A DNA stretch of 64,000 bases, taken from the NCBI GenBank assembly GCA_964187785.1, contig OZ076409.1:66466001-66530000 (forward strand), written 5' to 3'. Shown piece by piece: positions 37,463 through 51,088 of the stretch. Position 1 is the stretch's first letter. Each line of letters begins with the position of its first letter. Below the pieces are notes generated by a model. The model had not been told where the DNA came from and searched no databases. It was given only the letters and a program-made list of their open reading frames with translations. Position numbers and translations under genes: made by a program. The stretch comes from Amphiscolops sp. MND2022. Its lineage: Eukaryota.

Positions 37463-39175
37463 TGACAGATTTCGTAAGCTTTATAAGCTGACTTTAACTA
37501 ACACTAAATGCAGTAGTTCTACTGGCACTTGAGATAGAGAACTTTTAGGCTTTTTTGAGGTCCCCTTCTACATTTTTTGGCACTATGCGACTTATCGGAG
37601 GCAAAAAAGTGAAAACAACTTCAAAAAATTGGGATTTTTTCAATTTTTCCTCATGCGGGTACTGTAAAAGAGAATACTTGACACTTTGAAGTCCTTTTGA
37701 TTATTTTGAGCCTTAGATATGCCGCCGACTTGGGCCGTTCCCGGCTTGTTTTGTTTTAAGACCAACGAAGTTACAGATTTTATAAGCTTCATAAGCTGGC
37801 TTCCACTAACTGCATACAGACTACTGGCACTTGTTAGTCGGCGCTTTTTGTAGAGAAACACAGACTATAGTAGTGACTTTTTTTAGTCGGCGCTTTTCCG
37901 TTAAAAAACGCAGACTATAGTAGTGACTTTTTTAGGACCAACGAAGTGACAGATTTCGTAGGTTTTATAAGCTGACTTTAACTAACACTAAATGCAGTAG
38001 TTCTACTGGCACTTGAGATAGAGAATATTTAGGCTTTTTTGAGGTCCCCTTCTACATTTTTTGGCACTATGCGACTTATCGGAGGCAAAAAAGTGAAAAC
38101 AACTTCAAAAAATTGGGATTTTTTCAATTTTTCCTCATGCGGGTACTGTAAAAGAGAATACTTGACACTTTGAAGTTCTCTTGCAATTTTTGAGCCTTAG
38201 ATATGGCGCTGACTTGGGCTGTTCCCGGCTTGTTTCTTTTTTAAAGACCAACGAAGTGACAGATTTTATATGCTTTATAAGCTGGCTTCCACTAACTGCA
38301 TAGAGACTACTGGCACTTGGCATAGAGATTAATTAGACTTTTTTTGAGGTCTGCCAAGCAAAAACACGTGGGTTCGAGTCCCGCCCATGACCAAATTGTT
38401 CCTTGTGCATGTTTTTTGTGAGACTATTTTCGCGTTTTTTCGAGGATTCCAAAGGGTCCCCTTCTTCTTTTATTTTTCAAAAAACTGGATGTTCAAAAAT
38501 TCCCGAAGGCCCCCTTTTAGATTTTTTGGCCATATGCGACTTACCGGAGACCAAAAAATATCGAAAACAATTCGACAAAAAATTCGCTTTTTTTTCAGTT
38601 TTTTTCTCACGCGGGGACTGTAGACGAGAATACTTGACACCTTGAAGTCCTTTTGCTATTTTTGAGCCTTAGATATGCCGCCGACTTGGACCGTTCCCGG
38701 CTTGTTTCTTTTTTTGGGACCAACGAAGTGACTGATTTTATAAGCTTTATAAACTGGCTTCCACTAACTGCATAAAGACTACTGGCACTTGGCATAGAGA
38801 TTAATTAGGCTTTTTTGAGGTCTGCCAAGCAGAAAGACGTGGGTTCTTGTCCCGCCCATGACCAAATTGTTTTTTGTGCAGGTTTTTTTGTGAGATTTCG
38901 CAATTTTTTTAAGGTTTCCAAAGGGTCCCCTTCATTTTTTTTCAAAAGAGTGGATGTTCAAAAACTCCCGAAGGCCCCCCCTTTTAGATCTTTTGGCACT
39001 ATGCGACTTACCGAAGACCAAAAAAATCGAAAAAATTTTCAACGAGAAATTCGGATTTTTTTTCAATTTTTCCCTCACGCGGGTACTGTAGAAGAGAATA
39101 CTTGACACTTTAAAGTCCTTTTGCTATTTTTGAGCCTTAGATATGGCGCCGACTTGGGCTGTTCCCAGCTTGTTT
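37463..39175 (+). repeat. Complex satellite-like tandem repeat, right block
   Basis: Same modules as 6095-7875; near-identical translated fragments at 6669-6857 and 38135-38323. Confidence 0.9.
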
Positions 39176-41058
39176 CACTGTTCAATTAATTGTTGACAGT
39201 CCATGATCGAGAAGTTGCCTTGTTGACCAATGTGGTCATCGGAATCGGAAATGAGCAGGGAGAGCTCCATGCCCGAGGAAACCAAGTTCCGGGCCTCCGA
39301 ATTATTGAGTGTAAATATTGGGTAATCGACTAATTTTTCAGTTAAAAAACAATAATGAGAAATGTGAAATGTCATATTGGAAAACGAAAGCAGAACAACA
39401 AAAAATGACGTTCATGGACGAAAAAGGATTCAAATGTATTAAAGTTTCTAAGTGTCCCGGATTTGCAACAAACCACTCGAAAAAAAGTCTTATAAGAAAG
39501 TTCAAGAAAATGATGAGTTTCGCACGTGGAAAGTTTCTTCCAAAATTTATAGGAGACACGAGAACCCAACGTGTTTCCAGAAACGCAATTGCATGGAAGA
39601 CCAACTCATCTTCCATTTGCACATGCTGTTTGCAAGTAGTTGTTGATAATTGAAAGTTTTCAGATTACTTTACAATTTGTCAAATCGAATATCAGCTTTA
39701 GAAATCTTGTTTATCCTCGACAGTGATTTCGTCCTCCTTACTGTCCGATTGGACAACTGATCAAGGCCGGATAACGACCGGAGCGGAGCGGACCGGACCG
39801 GACATTATCCTCAACTGTAAGCGATGAAAGATTGTTTTCAGAATTCGCAACGAGAATGACGAAAAGCAAAAGAAATTTTTGTTCTAGAATAACGCAAAAC
39901 TTGTATTCCATGTTCCTTAAACATGATGTCCGGTAACCCCTACAAGAAATGTTTCGAAAATAAATGCACAGTACATTAACAAAGGGGTCAATTGTCTAAC
40001 AAAAAAAAACGTTTCATACATTTCAATTACTCATCCTTCTTTCTCTAATTTCCATTTTCACCACATTTGGATTAAAGTTCTAATGTCAAGCAGGATTGTA
40101 ATTGTTTTTTTACAGGGCAGCTGTAGAAATTAATCAACTTCTTAATCGAACGAGATTCATTTTTTGCAGCCACTAAATCTTGTTAACCATGCAACATTCA
40201 ATCAAATAAACTTTCTTTCTGATGTGAAGCGATGTCATTGATCTTTTTTAGGATACCGGATTTGTTATGAGTTGTTTTTTGATCATCTACCGTACTTTTT
40301 ACTTGCCATCCTGTAACAGAATTCAGCAACAAAAAATAGTTTCTTATCATATCCAAAATCGTTATCATATTTAAAGAGGTATCTGGCGTGTGACATTTAT
40401 CTGTATTTGGAGATAAATAACAAATTACAGAAATTTAGCATAAAAGCGTAGTTCCTATCAAAACCAGGATCACTTATTTTCTCTCACTGTAAGTCGGGCT
40501 TGCCAAAAGATGTCATGGAAACTGCGGAAAATTTAAATAATGGGAATTCTCGCTTCCCATGTACAAAAAGAACAAGGAATCTGGCTCCACTTGAGCCGAA
40601 AATGTCAGGAGTTTTTGAATATCCGGGAAACATCCCGGTACTTAACAAAACTGCCGGTGTTTACAAAAAATTGTTCGAATCCCAGTGTCTACACTAATTT
40701 ACCATTCATCCATCTAATCACACAAACTAGATCACACAAATATTTTCGTTCAACTAATCTATAAATAGATCACTCGTCTGTTATGACAGTCGCTAAAATG
40801 TTCAATATGTTTTAAATTAGGACTGAACTTCATGCCAGACACACTAATTTCTTGAAATGTCTGTACTCAAATTAATGTTTGCTTCAGTTGGCTGGGTTCC
40901 TATAACTGCTTCGGTTCATTTTCAAATTTCAAAAGGTCGCAAGTCGCCAAGTACTCGCATCATGTAATCACACGTGAAGTCAGATATATAAGAAGTTGTT
41001 AGCCCCAAGCAGTAGCCGATGTCTTTTTTACCGGGTTGACCCCACACAATTAAGTCGT

Positions 41059-41667
41059 TCAATGCAACTCGGCCGTCTCTGGTTGCCCAATTTTTGTGAA
41101 AATCTGGAAAGTTGTCATAGTATCCGGAACTGTACCAACGGAGGAGCTAGACTCTGTTTCTCTTTCCGGGCACTCACTTAACCCTCCATGGGCCGGGGCT
41201 ACGCATATGGGTTCAGACTGACCACCGACTTGGATCCACGCAGCATCCTGTCGTTTTTTTTTGCCTATTTGGCAATAGTTGGGCAGATCCTCATTTGTTA
41301 TACTTCTGATCCAATCACCTTCCCTAAACACAGGAACTTGCTCCCTGGTCAAACCCCAGTATTCAGTTGCGGAGTTGCTTTCAAAACTGGCCAAACATGT
41401 GGAGTACGCATCACCGGAATTCAACTCACAGACGCGGGTGATCCGGAAGTTGTAAGATCGGCACTCTGGCTCCAAAGCACAGAACATTGCACAAGTGACC
41501 CTGCGTTGAACGAAAACTCTTCTCAAAACTGTTCCAACTAACCGTTGCTCGGACTTTTGGTCATTGAAAAGAATGGACCTTTCAGCCAGTTGACCCCAAA
41601 TCAAGTTAACCAAGATTGTCATGGTGATAAGGGGCAGCTTTATACGCTTCGTTCCAGTCATCTTCAT
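41059..41667 (-). CDS. Probable secreted PAN/Apple-domain protein (host gene or exon)
   Basis: Hydrophobic N-terminal segment, then RLVG...VTCAMFCALEPECRSYNF...CELN, the PAN/Apple cysteine pattern; splice-acceptor-like sequence just upstream of the ATG. Confidence 0.7.
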   Translation of the reverse strand: MKMTGTKRIKLPLITMTILVNLIWGQLAERSILFNDQKSEQRLVGTVLRRVFVQRRVTCAMFCALEPECRSYNFRITRVCELNSGDAYSTCLASFESNSATEYWGLTREQVPVFREGDWIRSITNEDLPNYCQIGKKKRQDAAWIQVGGQSEPICVAPAHGGLSECPERETESSSSVGTVPDTMTTFQIFTKIGQPETAELH

Positions 41668-43619
41668 AAAACTGAGAAAAAATCTGCAACAAAAAGCACC
41701 TGACGATAAAGTTCTGCTGGAATTGCAACTTTACTAAAATAACAAGGAATTCATCTAAAATTCACAGTGCAATTTTGTGCAAAAATCGATATTATTTCGA
41801 AAATCTAAAGTTATAGGAAGAAAATCAACGAAAGTATCAGAGAAATGTATGAATAATTTTTTTCTTTATGGTTTTCTTAACAGCTGCAACAATTGCAATT
41901 AATTTCAGACCAAAATTGTATTCAAATAGTCATCAAATACTTATTTCGCTAGGCGTTTTTTCATCTCACTGGTGGAATGGTTTTTCGTTTTTTGGCTCTG
42001 AATTTTTCATCGCTCAGTTAACGAAAAAAAAATTCCCAAGAAAGGTTTTTTGTTTGCCACCATCAAGCTAGAGCTGAATATTGGAATGAAACTTTCAGTA
42101 ATTTCAACAGCTGGTAAAGCCCAATAAAAAGAGTCAATCGATGATACGTTTGCCATAAATTTGCATGAAATTTCATTCTCAGAGAAAACCCTTTGATGAG
42201 GTAAAGCAACCTAGTCGGACGTTAACGGCCACTGACAGCCTCAACGCTCTCAAAGACATTCAACTCTCAGACTCATTCGTTTCTTAATTATTTCAAGTCG
42301 TATTCGTCTCTGTGATTTCGAACGTTATCACCCTCCACACAAACCCCCTCTGCTGACCTGGGCAGCACATGCAGCTTACTGTAGGAGTCAGTTGAAAACC
42401 TGAATCTTAATTCTTGACTATTGCACTATTCGAGTTTTTCTTAGTGCAAACTTTTCATAAATCAGTGAATCTTCGGGGGCATCCAGTTAGCGTTTAGATC
42501 AAAGGCTTCGCTAAGAAGGCTTACGCCATTCACATAAACCAGTTCTTTTTGGTATAGTTCGGATTATTGTTCAAGCATGACCGGCAGTGTTGATTACCTG
42601 TGAAAAACTCACGCATTTGAAGTATTGCATTTTTCCATCTTTTCCAACAACTAAATCACTATATGTTGATTTGAAAGTACCGATTTGAGATCTCACTGCT
42701 CCCCTAATTACATCAACAGCTTTCGAATGAAATCCTTGCTGGAGTGTAGCTCAAGAGAACAATTTTGACAAAATCTGCTCTTAATCAACGACACTCCACA
42801 CAGCAGCACAGCCTGAAAAACACAACATTTGGAAATCAGTAACCAGTTGGTAGAGACTAAAGTCACAGGCCTTTCCTGTAAAAGGACACCGTCAGAGCAG
42901 AATCAATCTTGAAGTATTCAGGATACCGTTATGTCAATTTTGCCGTCAAAATCTTAACGCTAAAACTAGCGTCGAAGGGATAGGATGGAATCAGGTCGAA
43001 GGACTTATAACGGAATAGTGTCGAATTAGTTGTGTCTAATGATGTAGAATGGAGAAGTCGGAATCGTCCGAGGATATTTAGGGGGCAAATGCAATAAAAG
43101 CACGCTCGCTCACCCGAAGCCTCAATTCACTAATGAAAAGGGTTTATCAGGGTTTCGCCTTCAGAACATGAGTTTCGACGCGAAGACCTTGCTGGTATAT
43201 TAAAGTATTTACTGTTCGACGCTTACTTGACACCTCAAGAGCCGCCTCCCGTGAAAATCAAGTAAGTACGCCCTTATTTGTCTTCCGGTAGCTTCAGCAG
43301 TAATCGAGAAAGTTAAATCTCCACGGGTCTACTCCTTCGACGACGTATGGCAAAATTTTTTGGCCAAAGGTGGACAAAAGTGTCTCTGGTTATTTTTTTG
43401 ACCGTGAGCAGGGCCCCTTTACGGCCGGATGCTTTTCAAAGGAGCGGGTACTATTTTTCAACCAAGTAACAACTCCTCATGAAAAAAGGCCAAGTAAAAA
43501 CAAGAACGTTTAGGCAATCCAATTCAGTTTCATGACAGGTAGAAAATATCAGATTTTACCCGTTCTTTTCAGTGCCACTCAGAGGGAAAAGATTCTTTGT
43601 CTCGTTTGGAGGCTATCAA

Positions 43620-45240
43620 ATTAATGAATTGTAAAAGTTGGAAACAACTATAAGTTCGGAAAAGGTTTCACGTAAAAAAAGTTGTTGATCTTGTGGCTAA
43701 ACCAAAAGAGTTTCCTTTAATGAAACGCAAATGGATCTCTGTTGCAGAATGATGTTCAGATGGTTTAATTTCGAAGCATAGAGCCGGTTTTGTTTTGAAA
43801 GGCTGTTCACAAGTTTGTAGTCAAAATTACACTGAAACTTTTTCAACCACCGTGGTGCATTCAACCATACGTGTATTACTTGCATTAGCGACCAAAACTT
43901 CAAAGAAAATACATCAGATAGGTGTCAAAACAGCTTTTATCAATTCTTCAATAAAAGGTGATATCTATTGGGAACAACCCCCGGTTCCATTTAGAAGGGG
44001 CATGAAAACAAACTCTCGAAGTTATAGGATGTTTGTATGGTCCTAATCAGGCATTTCGCGCATGGTCGAATAAATCAATATTTTTTATCTTGGGATGATG
44101 ATACACTCATTTGTATTGATGAAGTCCTCCGAAAGTGGAAGTTCAATTGAGAAATTTTTGCAAACAGAAGATCAAAGAGTTGTTGGAAACTTTAAGGACA
44201 AGGAAAGGCAATTGAATAGTGGAACAAACGCCACTTCTCACGAGGGATATAATTTAAAACAACCTGAAAAATAGAATATAGGTGACTGCCAGTTAGCCAA
44301 AAACCAAATGTTAAACGCGTATTCAATGAAAATCCAAAAGCTTTTGATGAAATTTGCACAAAATTAGGTGGTTCTTTCTTTACTTAACTGTTCTAACACG
44401 ACCTGTTCTAGCTATTATTGTCAACAGATTACCTCAATTCAATAACAGTCCGAGAGAAACACATTTTGTTGCCACTAAGCATATACGGCGATACCTCGAG
44501 GGAACGAAGAAAATCAACTTGAAGTTTTCGAACGATAGTTTTCGCAACAAAAATCTTTTCTGTTACTCAGTTGCAGATTGGGGAACTCACAAGGATCCAA
44601 AATCAATTTCAGGGGTCCCAAATAATTTAAACATCATAATTGGTTTCGCCAATTGTTTGGCGATGTTCCAAACCAGTCGTGGATTTGACTTTCAACTTGC
44701 GAAGTTGAATACACAGCATTTATGTTATTGGTTCGAAAAATAAATTTTGTAGCGAATGTTTTCACAAGTGTTCTATTGAACTATAATGATTCAGTTTACA
44801 GAGATAGTCAGTCTGCAAAGGCTTTGATTAGAAATCTTATCATTTCCCAGAAATCAAAACACATGGAATTGTAGAATCATTTCTGCAGACAGCTTTTCGA
44901 GGATAGTTCTACAGATATATTCTATGTGGACACGAACTCAAACATGGCAAACGTGTTCACAAATGCCTCGAATGGGAAAAAATCAAACAATTCGTGTCAA
45001 AGTTGTCCTTAGAGTCATGAATTGAGGAGGGGTGTTGGAACTCAACATTTCCCACCAAAATCAAACATTAAACTCTATTCTGGAGTTGATTCATCAACAT
45101 CTTATGTAACCTTTGACCATCATTATGGTTGTGGTAACCTGGATCATATGAAGCTATCTCCATTTTCTGAAAATTCTTGCTCGTCAAGTATCAAAGAAAA
45201 TAAAAGTTGCAAAAAAGACATGTGCAAAGTTACCCAGCTT
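43620..45240 (+). mobile_element. Highly decayed Copia RT/RNase H relic with PPT and 3' LTR start
   Basis: Remnants YTETFS, HQIGVKTAFINSSIKGDIYWEQP, TRP, HFVATKHIRRYLEGT and YSVADW; PPT TTGAGGAGGGG followed by TGTTGGAA at 45033. Confidence 0.75.
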
Positions 45241-45258
45241 TGAAGGCTGGAGTATCGT

Positions 45259-46817
45259 GGGGCGGGTCAGGGACATTTCGTCACCAGCCATTTGGGCCTG
45301 ATTTTATTAGACCTGATTCTACGTAGCCGTCTCGGAGTGTACTCCTTTGATCTAATTGCTTGGGTCTAATGGAATTAGATCTAACTGTTAGGTCTAACTT
45401 TCAGATCTAATTTTATCTAAAATACTTAGGTCTAACCCCTTTATGATCTAATATGTGTTCTGAAAGCGAAAATATAATGTGGGGCATATGCGATGTATGC
45501 ACGCTCGCCCTCACTGTCGCAAAGACCAGCTCCCACTACGATCGCTTCGCGATCTCCGTTCCCGCTAGGTCTTTGCTCCTGTTCGACCTCGCTTAGCAAG
45601 ATGGGAATATAAGAGGCCCCAAGGGGTCGCGGGGCACTAGAGGAAATAGGCACATATCCGAGAGGCTACGTGGAATCAAGAGAGGAGGCAAAACTTTCTG
45701 GCCACTTTCTGTTAATTTTGCTCTGAAATTAGATCAAATTAGAAGAGATTTTCAGACCTGAATATTCAGATCAATTTATTTTGATCTCAGTTTTGCCCCC
45801 TCTCTTAGATCTATTTCATTAGACCTGATTCCACGTAGCCGTCCCGGGTATTGGTCACTTGGCTTAAAGTCATTTGACTTAAAACAACTTAGTTGATAAC
45901 ACGTGTCGAACCTCTAGTCCACGTGATAACACGTGATAACCTCTAGATTTTGTCAAATTTATCTTTATAACGTAGTCAGCGTAAAATTTTAACATGTCAT
46001 ATCAAGTACCCATCGGATTTGTCCCCATTTCCTCTAGTGCTTATGGAGGCCGCTTATATTCCCGCTTATATTCCCATCTTGCTAAGCGAGGTCGAACAGG
46101 AGCAAAGATCTAGCGGGAACGAAGATCGCGAAGCGATCGTAGTGGGAGCTAGTCTTTGCCACCGTGAGGGCGAGCGTGCATAGACCGCATATGCCCCACA
46201 TTATGATATTCCCGGGAGTTGACATATTTTTTCCTTGAGTTGGAATGGAGTTGGCTTAATTTTGTGGTCACTTGGCTTAAAATTTTTAAGCCAAGTGACT
46301 CGACGAAAAATTTAAGCTAGTTGGTATTAAGCGGGTGGCTGTAAATAGGTCGAATTTTTTTGGTCGAAAGGACAGAGGTCGAACCTTTTGATCGAATTGC
46401 TGGGATCGAATGGAATGCGGTCGAATTTTATCGTATTTGTTGTATGGCTCGGTCGCTTCGCTCCCTTCGCCAAGTAGCAACATTGAGGCATGACCATATG
46501 GCACGTCGCTTCGCTCCTGCATTCAGAGCACTAGGGGTATGTGAACATATCTGACTACGTTATAAAAATTTCGATCCGAGTTTTTTCGATCCCATTGAAA
46601 AATTTGGTATAACGACCCGGGTCTAACTCTGATTTTCGAGCCCGTTCCTTCGACCTACTTCCGCCCACCCGTATTAAGCCAAGTGACTGGTAACCACTAG
46701 GGGTATGTGAACATTTTTGGACATTCAGTCAACGGGACATTTGGGCGACATTATTGTCGCCGAAATTGGCTGAAATTTTTGTCGCCCAAATGGCTGGTGA
46801 CGTAATGTCCCTGCCCC
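45259..46817. mobile_element. Non-autonomous DNA transposon (MITE) composite with nested elements
   Basis: 30-bp inverted repeat CAGGGACATTTCGTCACCAGCCATTTGGGC (45268-45297) and 46784-46813; TCGT on both flanks as a possible 4-bp TSD; contains two inverted copies of a ~190-bp core. Confidence 0.65.
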
Positions 46818-46834
46818 TCGTGAGGCATGTAAAT

Positions 46835-47405
46835 CCGCTAGGTGACTAGGTGAGCTAGGTACTGGTAACTAGGTAAAATTTGACTAGTTGACTGGGTATT
46901 TTATTTTTGAAAACTGGGTAAATCTTTTCGAAATACTTTTGTCGAAGTAATCGCGTCGATGTCATTGCAAATGTTAAATTGTCAAACATTTGTTTTGACC
47001 GTCGGATATGCCCCATTTCATCTAGTGCCTCGCGGCCCCTTGGGGCCCCTTTTTTTCCCATCTTGCTAAGCGAGGTCGAACAGGAGCAAAGATATAGCGG
47101 GAACGAAGATCGCGAAGCGATCGTAGTGGGAGCTGGTCGCTGCGACGGTGAGGGCGAGCGTGCATACACCGTATATGACCCCATATTTATTTATATGACC
47201 CCATATATTAATTTATAAGGTCCCAAGTTTCGTCTAAAAGCAGATAGTTTTGATCTATGTCGTCGTTAATTGTCTCAATTTACAATTTTCTGACCATTAG
47301 TTTTGCTAAGTGTCTCAGAATTTAATTTACCTAGTCGATTTTCCTGAAAAACCTAGTAAATTTTTCACCCAGTAACGATTTACCTAGTCAACTAGTTGAT
47401 TTCTC
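46835..47405. mobile_element. MITE-like element with ACTAG-rich inverted arms around the ~190-bp core
   Basis: CTAGGT/ACTAG repeats at 46836-46900 are mirrored at 47326-47400; core at 47003-47187. Confidence 0.5.
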
Positions 47406-47808
47406 ACACTCTTTTTCCACGTACTACCAGAGGTGACCGGAAGTTGCACCGGAAAAGACCTCCTTGGACAGGGAACGGTTGAAAAATGACTTTTTACCAC
47501 AAAAAAGAAGCAGTTCTGAGACAGAAGCATTGGTAGTCCAACGGTTGAAGCAGCCGGTAGTGCAGTTTGTGAAAATCAGCGGTAGTGCATTCAAAGATCA
47601 ATTCCTAGTACCCATTGTGTCACCAAATTTTAATCGTGATTTTGACACCAAGATATTCTGCCGTGACGGAGTTCTCTTTTCCTTCTTTGGAAATCATATT
47701 TTCACCCGCATTCTGTCTTTCTATATTTCTCACTATAGTTGTAATTTTATTCATGTGTAAATAATCGAATTGTACATATAACTGACCTGACAACCTTCCC
47801 TCAATTCC

Positions 47809-50800
47809 ATGGCAGATCAAACGCATTGTAGTGAATGCAACGGGCATCTGAGGGGCGGAGGTGTATGGTGCAACGAGTGTGGCTACATTCATATACGATG
47901 CAGCGGTCTGGCATCCGGACGAGACCACTACGCCGGTTTCATCTGTCAAACCTGCAATCTTGCCGCCGCCCCGCAAGATGACACCAACACACCGCCCGCA
48001 GCGACGCCACAAGCCAATCCGCTTACAACTGTAGAAATAAACCGAAACGACCCTGACACCTCCCCCAATGTCACTCCGCCCACACCCGCCGACTTCTGGA
48101 CGAAAATAACACCAACACATACTGACTTCATCAAAAAATGCTACACTGAAATAGTCCACTGGAAGCCCCAATTTGTCACTCTCAGCAAAAACAAAACTGG
48201 ACATTGCCTCATCGAAAGCCTCAGCATTATCTTCGATGAAGTTGCCGAAAAAATCGCGAAACTCGAATGTAGCACTTTACTTCGCGATGGTAATGCCCCA
48301 TCTAGTTCTGGCCCGTACGAAAGAGAAACGTGAAACATCCATCGGAAAAACCATTCAAAGACGAATGGAAGCATGGCTTAGCTGCGAATTCGAGGCGCTC
48401 TTCAACGAAGCAAAGGCACTGCAGCTACGTATACCAAAAGTGCGGAAAACCCAGAACCCCGATGAAATGAAAAGTTTTGACATCCAAATGTCATCCGGGA
48501 AAATCTCAAATGCATTGCGGTGTCTGGATGAGTCTCAGAATAGCAACGTTCTCTCGCTGCAAGAAAGAGTGGGAAACAAAACCGTAATGAAAATCCTTCA
48601 GGAGAAACACCCGAAACCGATGACATCAAAAGACAGCTACGTCACTAACGAAAATGACCACACCCTCGAACACCATCACAGTATTTTCGACAAAATCAAC
48701 GCCTCGTTAGTCCGAAAAACAGCCATGGTAACGCAAGGTAGCCACGGACCATCCGGCGTCGACGCCAACGACTGGCGCAGGTGGCTTTCACATTTCGGTC
48801 AAGCATCCACGAACCTCTGCAAGGATCTTGCGGCATTTGCCCGGAGGCTCGCAACAGAACAAATGCATGATCTAACTCCCTACAACGCATGCCGTCTCAT
48901 ACTGCTTGACAAAAACCCAAGTGTCAGACCAATCGGAGTGGGCGAAGTCATCAGACGCATAATTGGGAGGAACATTCTTCGATGCATCGGGAACGATCTC
49001 AAGATCTTGGGCCAGAATAGGCAACTCTGCCTTGGTCAAAAATGTGGCATCGAACACGCCATTCACAGTCTACGTGAGACGTTCGAGCTGCCAGAGACAG
49101 AAGGGCTTCTCCTGATTGACGCCAAAAACGCGTTCAATAGTCTAAATAGGGATCTGGCCCTGAAAAACATTCAGAAAACCTGTCCATCCATCATAACAGC
49201 GCTCCGAAACTCATATGGTACACCTTCAAACCTTTACGTGAATGGGAAAACTCTCTTGTCGCAAGAAGGAACTACTCAAGGCGACCCTTTGGCTATGTCC
49301 ATGTATGGCATTGCGCTTCTACCGTTAATGGACCTCGTGAACGAAGAAGGAGTGCTACAAAAATGGTATGCTGACGATGGCAATGTAGCCGGTAGCATCG
49401 AATCGCTTCGAAATCTCTTCGAAAAACTGAAGCTCCACGGTCCCGCATTTGGATACAACATCACTAAATGTCATCTCATCACGAAAGATTCCTCCCTTGA
49501 CAAAGCAAAAGACATATTTAAAGACGAGGATGTTGAACAAGTGGGAGGACACCGTGTACTGGGTTTCGTTATTGGATCGCCCGAGGCCTGTCACGCTTTC
49601 CAGTTCTCCAAACTCACTGAGTACACGAACATTGTAAACAAACTTGCGTCACATGCGAAAAAGTCACCACAGAATGTCTATCATGCATTTACAAAAGGTG
49701 TTCAACACAAACTCACCTTCCTGTCAAGAACAACACCTGACATGGAAAACACACTTCAAAACACCGAATCTCTCTTAACGATGAAACTGATCCCTAACAT
49801 CACCGGCCGTGGTCAGTTATCTATAGCAGAACGTTCTCTTTTCTCCCTACCGCTCAGCAAAGGTGGGCTGAATATCCTTTCACCCGAAGACAGAAGAAAC
49901 GATCTGCAGTGGTCAAAGGATGTTACTTCTCATCTAGATGAAAAGGATCTAACCACCGCTGAAGCGAAGCAACACTCAACAGTAAACATGATAAAGAAAC
50001 AAAAGCAAGAAATTCAAAAAACTAAGCTTGAAGAAGTCAAATGTAACTTGAATGACGAACAACGACACGCAGTTACACTTGTTTCGGAAAAAGGAGCATC
50101 CAGCTGGCTAGCAGCCCTCCCACTGAAACGCTATGGTTTCACTCTTACGAAGTCTGAATTTCGGGACGGTCTCGCGCTGCGCTACGGTTGGGAGCCAAAG
50201 AATTTACCTGCCAAATGCCCATGTGGTGAACCCTTCACTGTTGCCCATTCCCTACACTGCGGAAAAGGAGGCTACACTCACATGAGACATGACGAAATAC
50301 GCGATACGTTCGCAAAGATAATGAAAGACGTTTGCTTCGACGTTGAGGTGGAGCCAAAACTTCAGAGGTTAGAAGGGGAATCCTTCGAATATAAATCAAC
50401 TTGCACTGAAGATGAAGCTCGTCTCGATATCAGAGCAAATGAACTCTTGGATTCACGATTCTCGAGAACGTTTTTTGACGTCAAAATTTTCAACCCGCTG
50501 GCCAAGTCCTGTCCGAAAGAAGTAAAGGAAGCGTAGAAATTTCATGAAACTTTGAAAAAACTGAAGTACGAACAGAGAATCCTTGATGTGGAAAACAGCT
50601 CATTCAATCCTCTTGTCTTCGCGTGTTCAGGAGGCGCAGGTCTTTCAGCCTCGAAAGTTATGTCCCGACTTGCTCTGAAGATCAGCGAAAAAGGACAAGA
50701 CAGCTACTCGGACGCCATAGGATACATCAGGACGCAAATTAGCTTCGCTTTGCTACGCAGTTCCGTGCTATGCCTCAGGGGATCTCGATCTATTCGCCGT

Positions 50801-50854
50801 CAAACTGAGGAATCATCTATCTCTGCAATGGTTGAAGAGGGAGGGTTGTCGTGA
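47809..50854 (+). mobile_element. CRE-like non-LTR retrotransposon (PHD finger, RT, CCHC, restriction-like endonuclease), mildly disrupted
   Basis: CSEC...WCNEC..IHIRC...FICQTC; RPIGVGE, IDAKNAFN, QGDPLAM, YADD; CPCGEPFTVAHSLHC, RHD, RLDIRA...FFDVKI; frameshift near 48260 and stop at 50534. Confidence 0.88.
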
Positions 50855-51088
50855 CTTACCTCGACGATCCTAATTTGGTGATTCTTGCGATATATTTACA
50901 GCTGATGTTTTTTTAATTCCTAGTATCATGTAACTTTTAACGTTTCATCCGAAGTTCCCATTGGACAGTAAGTGTCACAATGTTGATGAACAACGTCCGT
51001 CACCTGAATTTACAAAAGTGTTTCCAATATATCAACGTAGCACTATATCGTGGGATGCTGTGAAGCAATTATAAAACTAGAAGAATAC

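Noticed and set aside
39175..39700. Possible transposase remnant (ORF 39318-39653)
   Set aside because: Too short and degenerate to assign.
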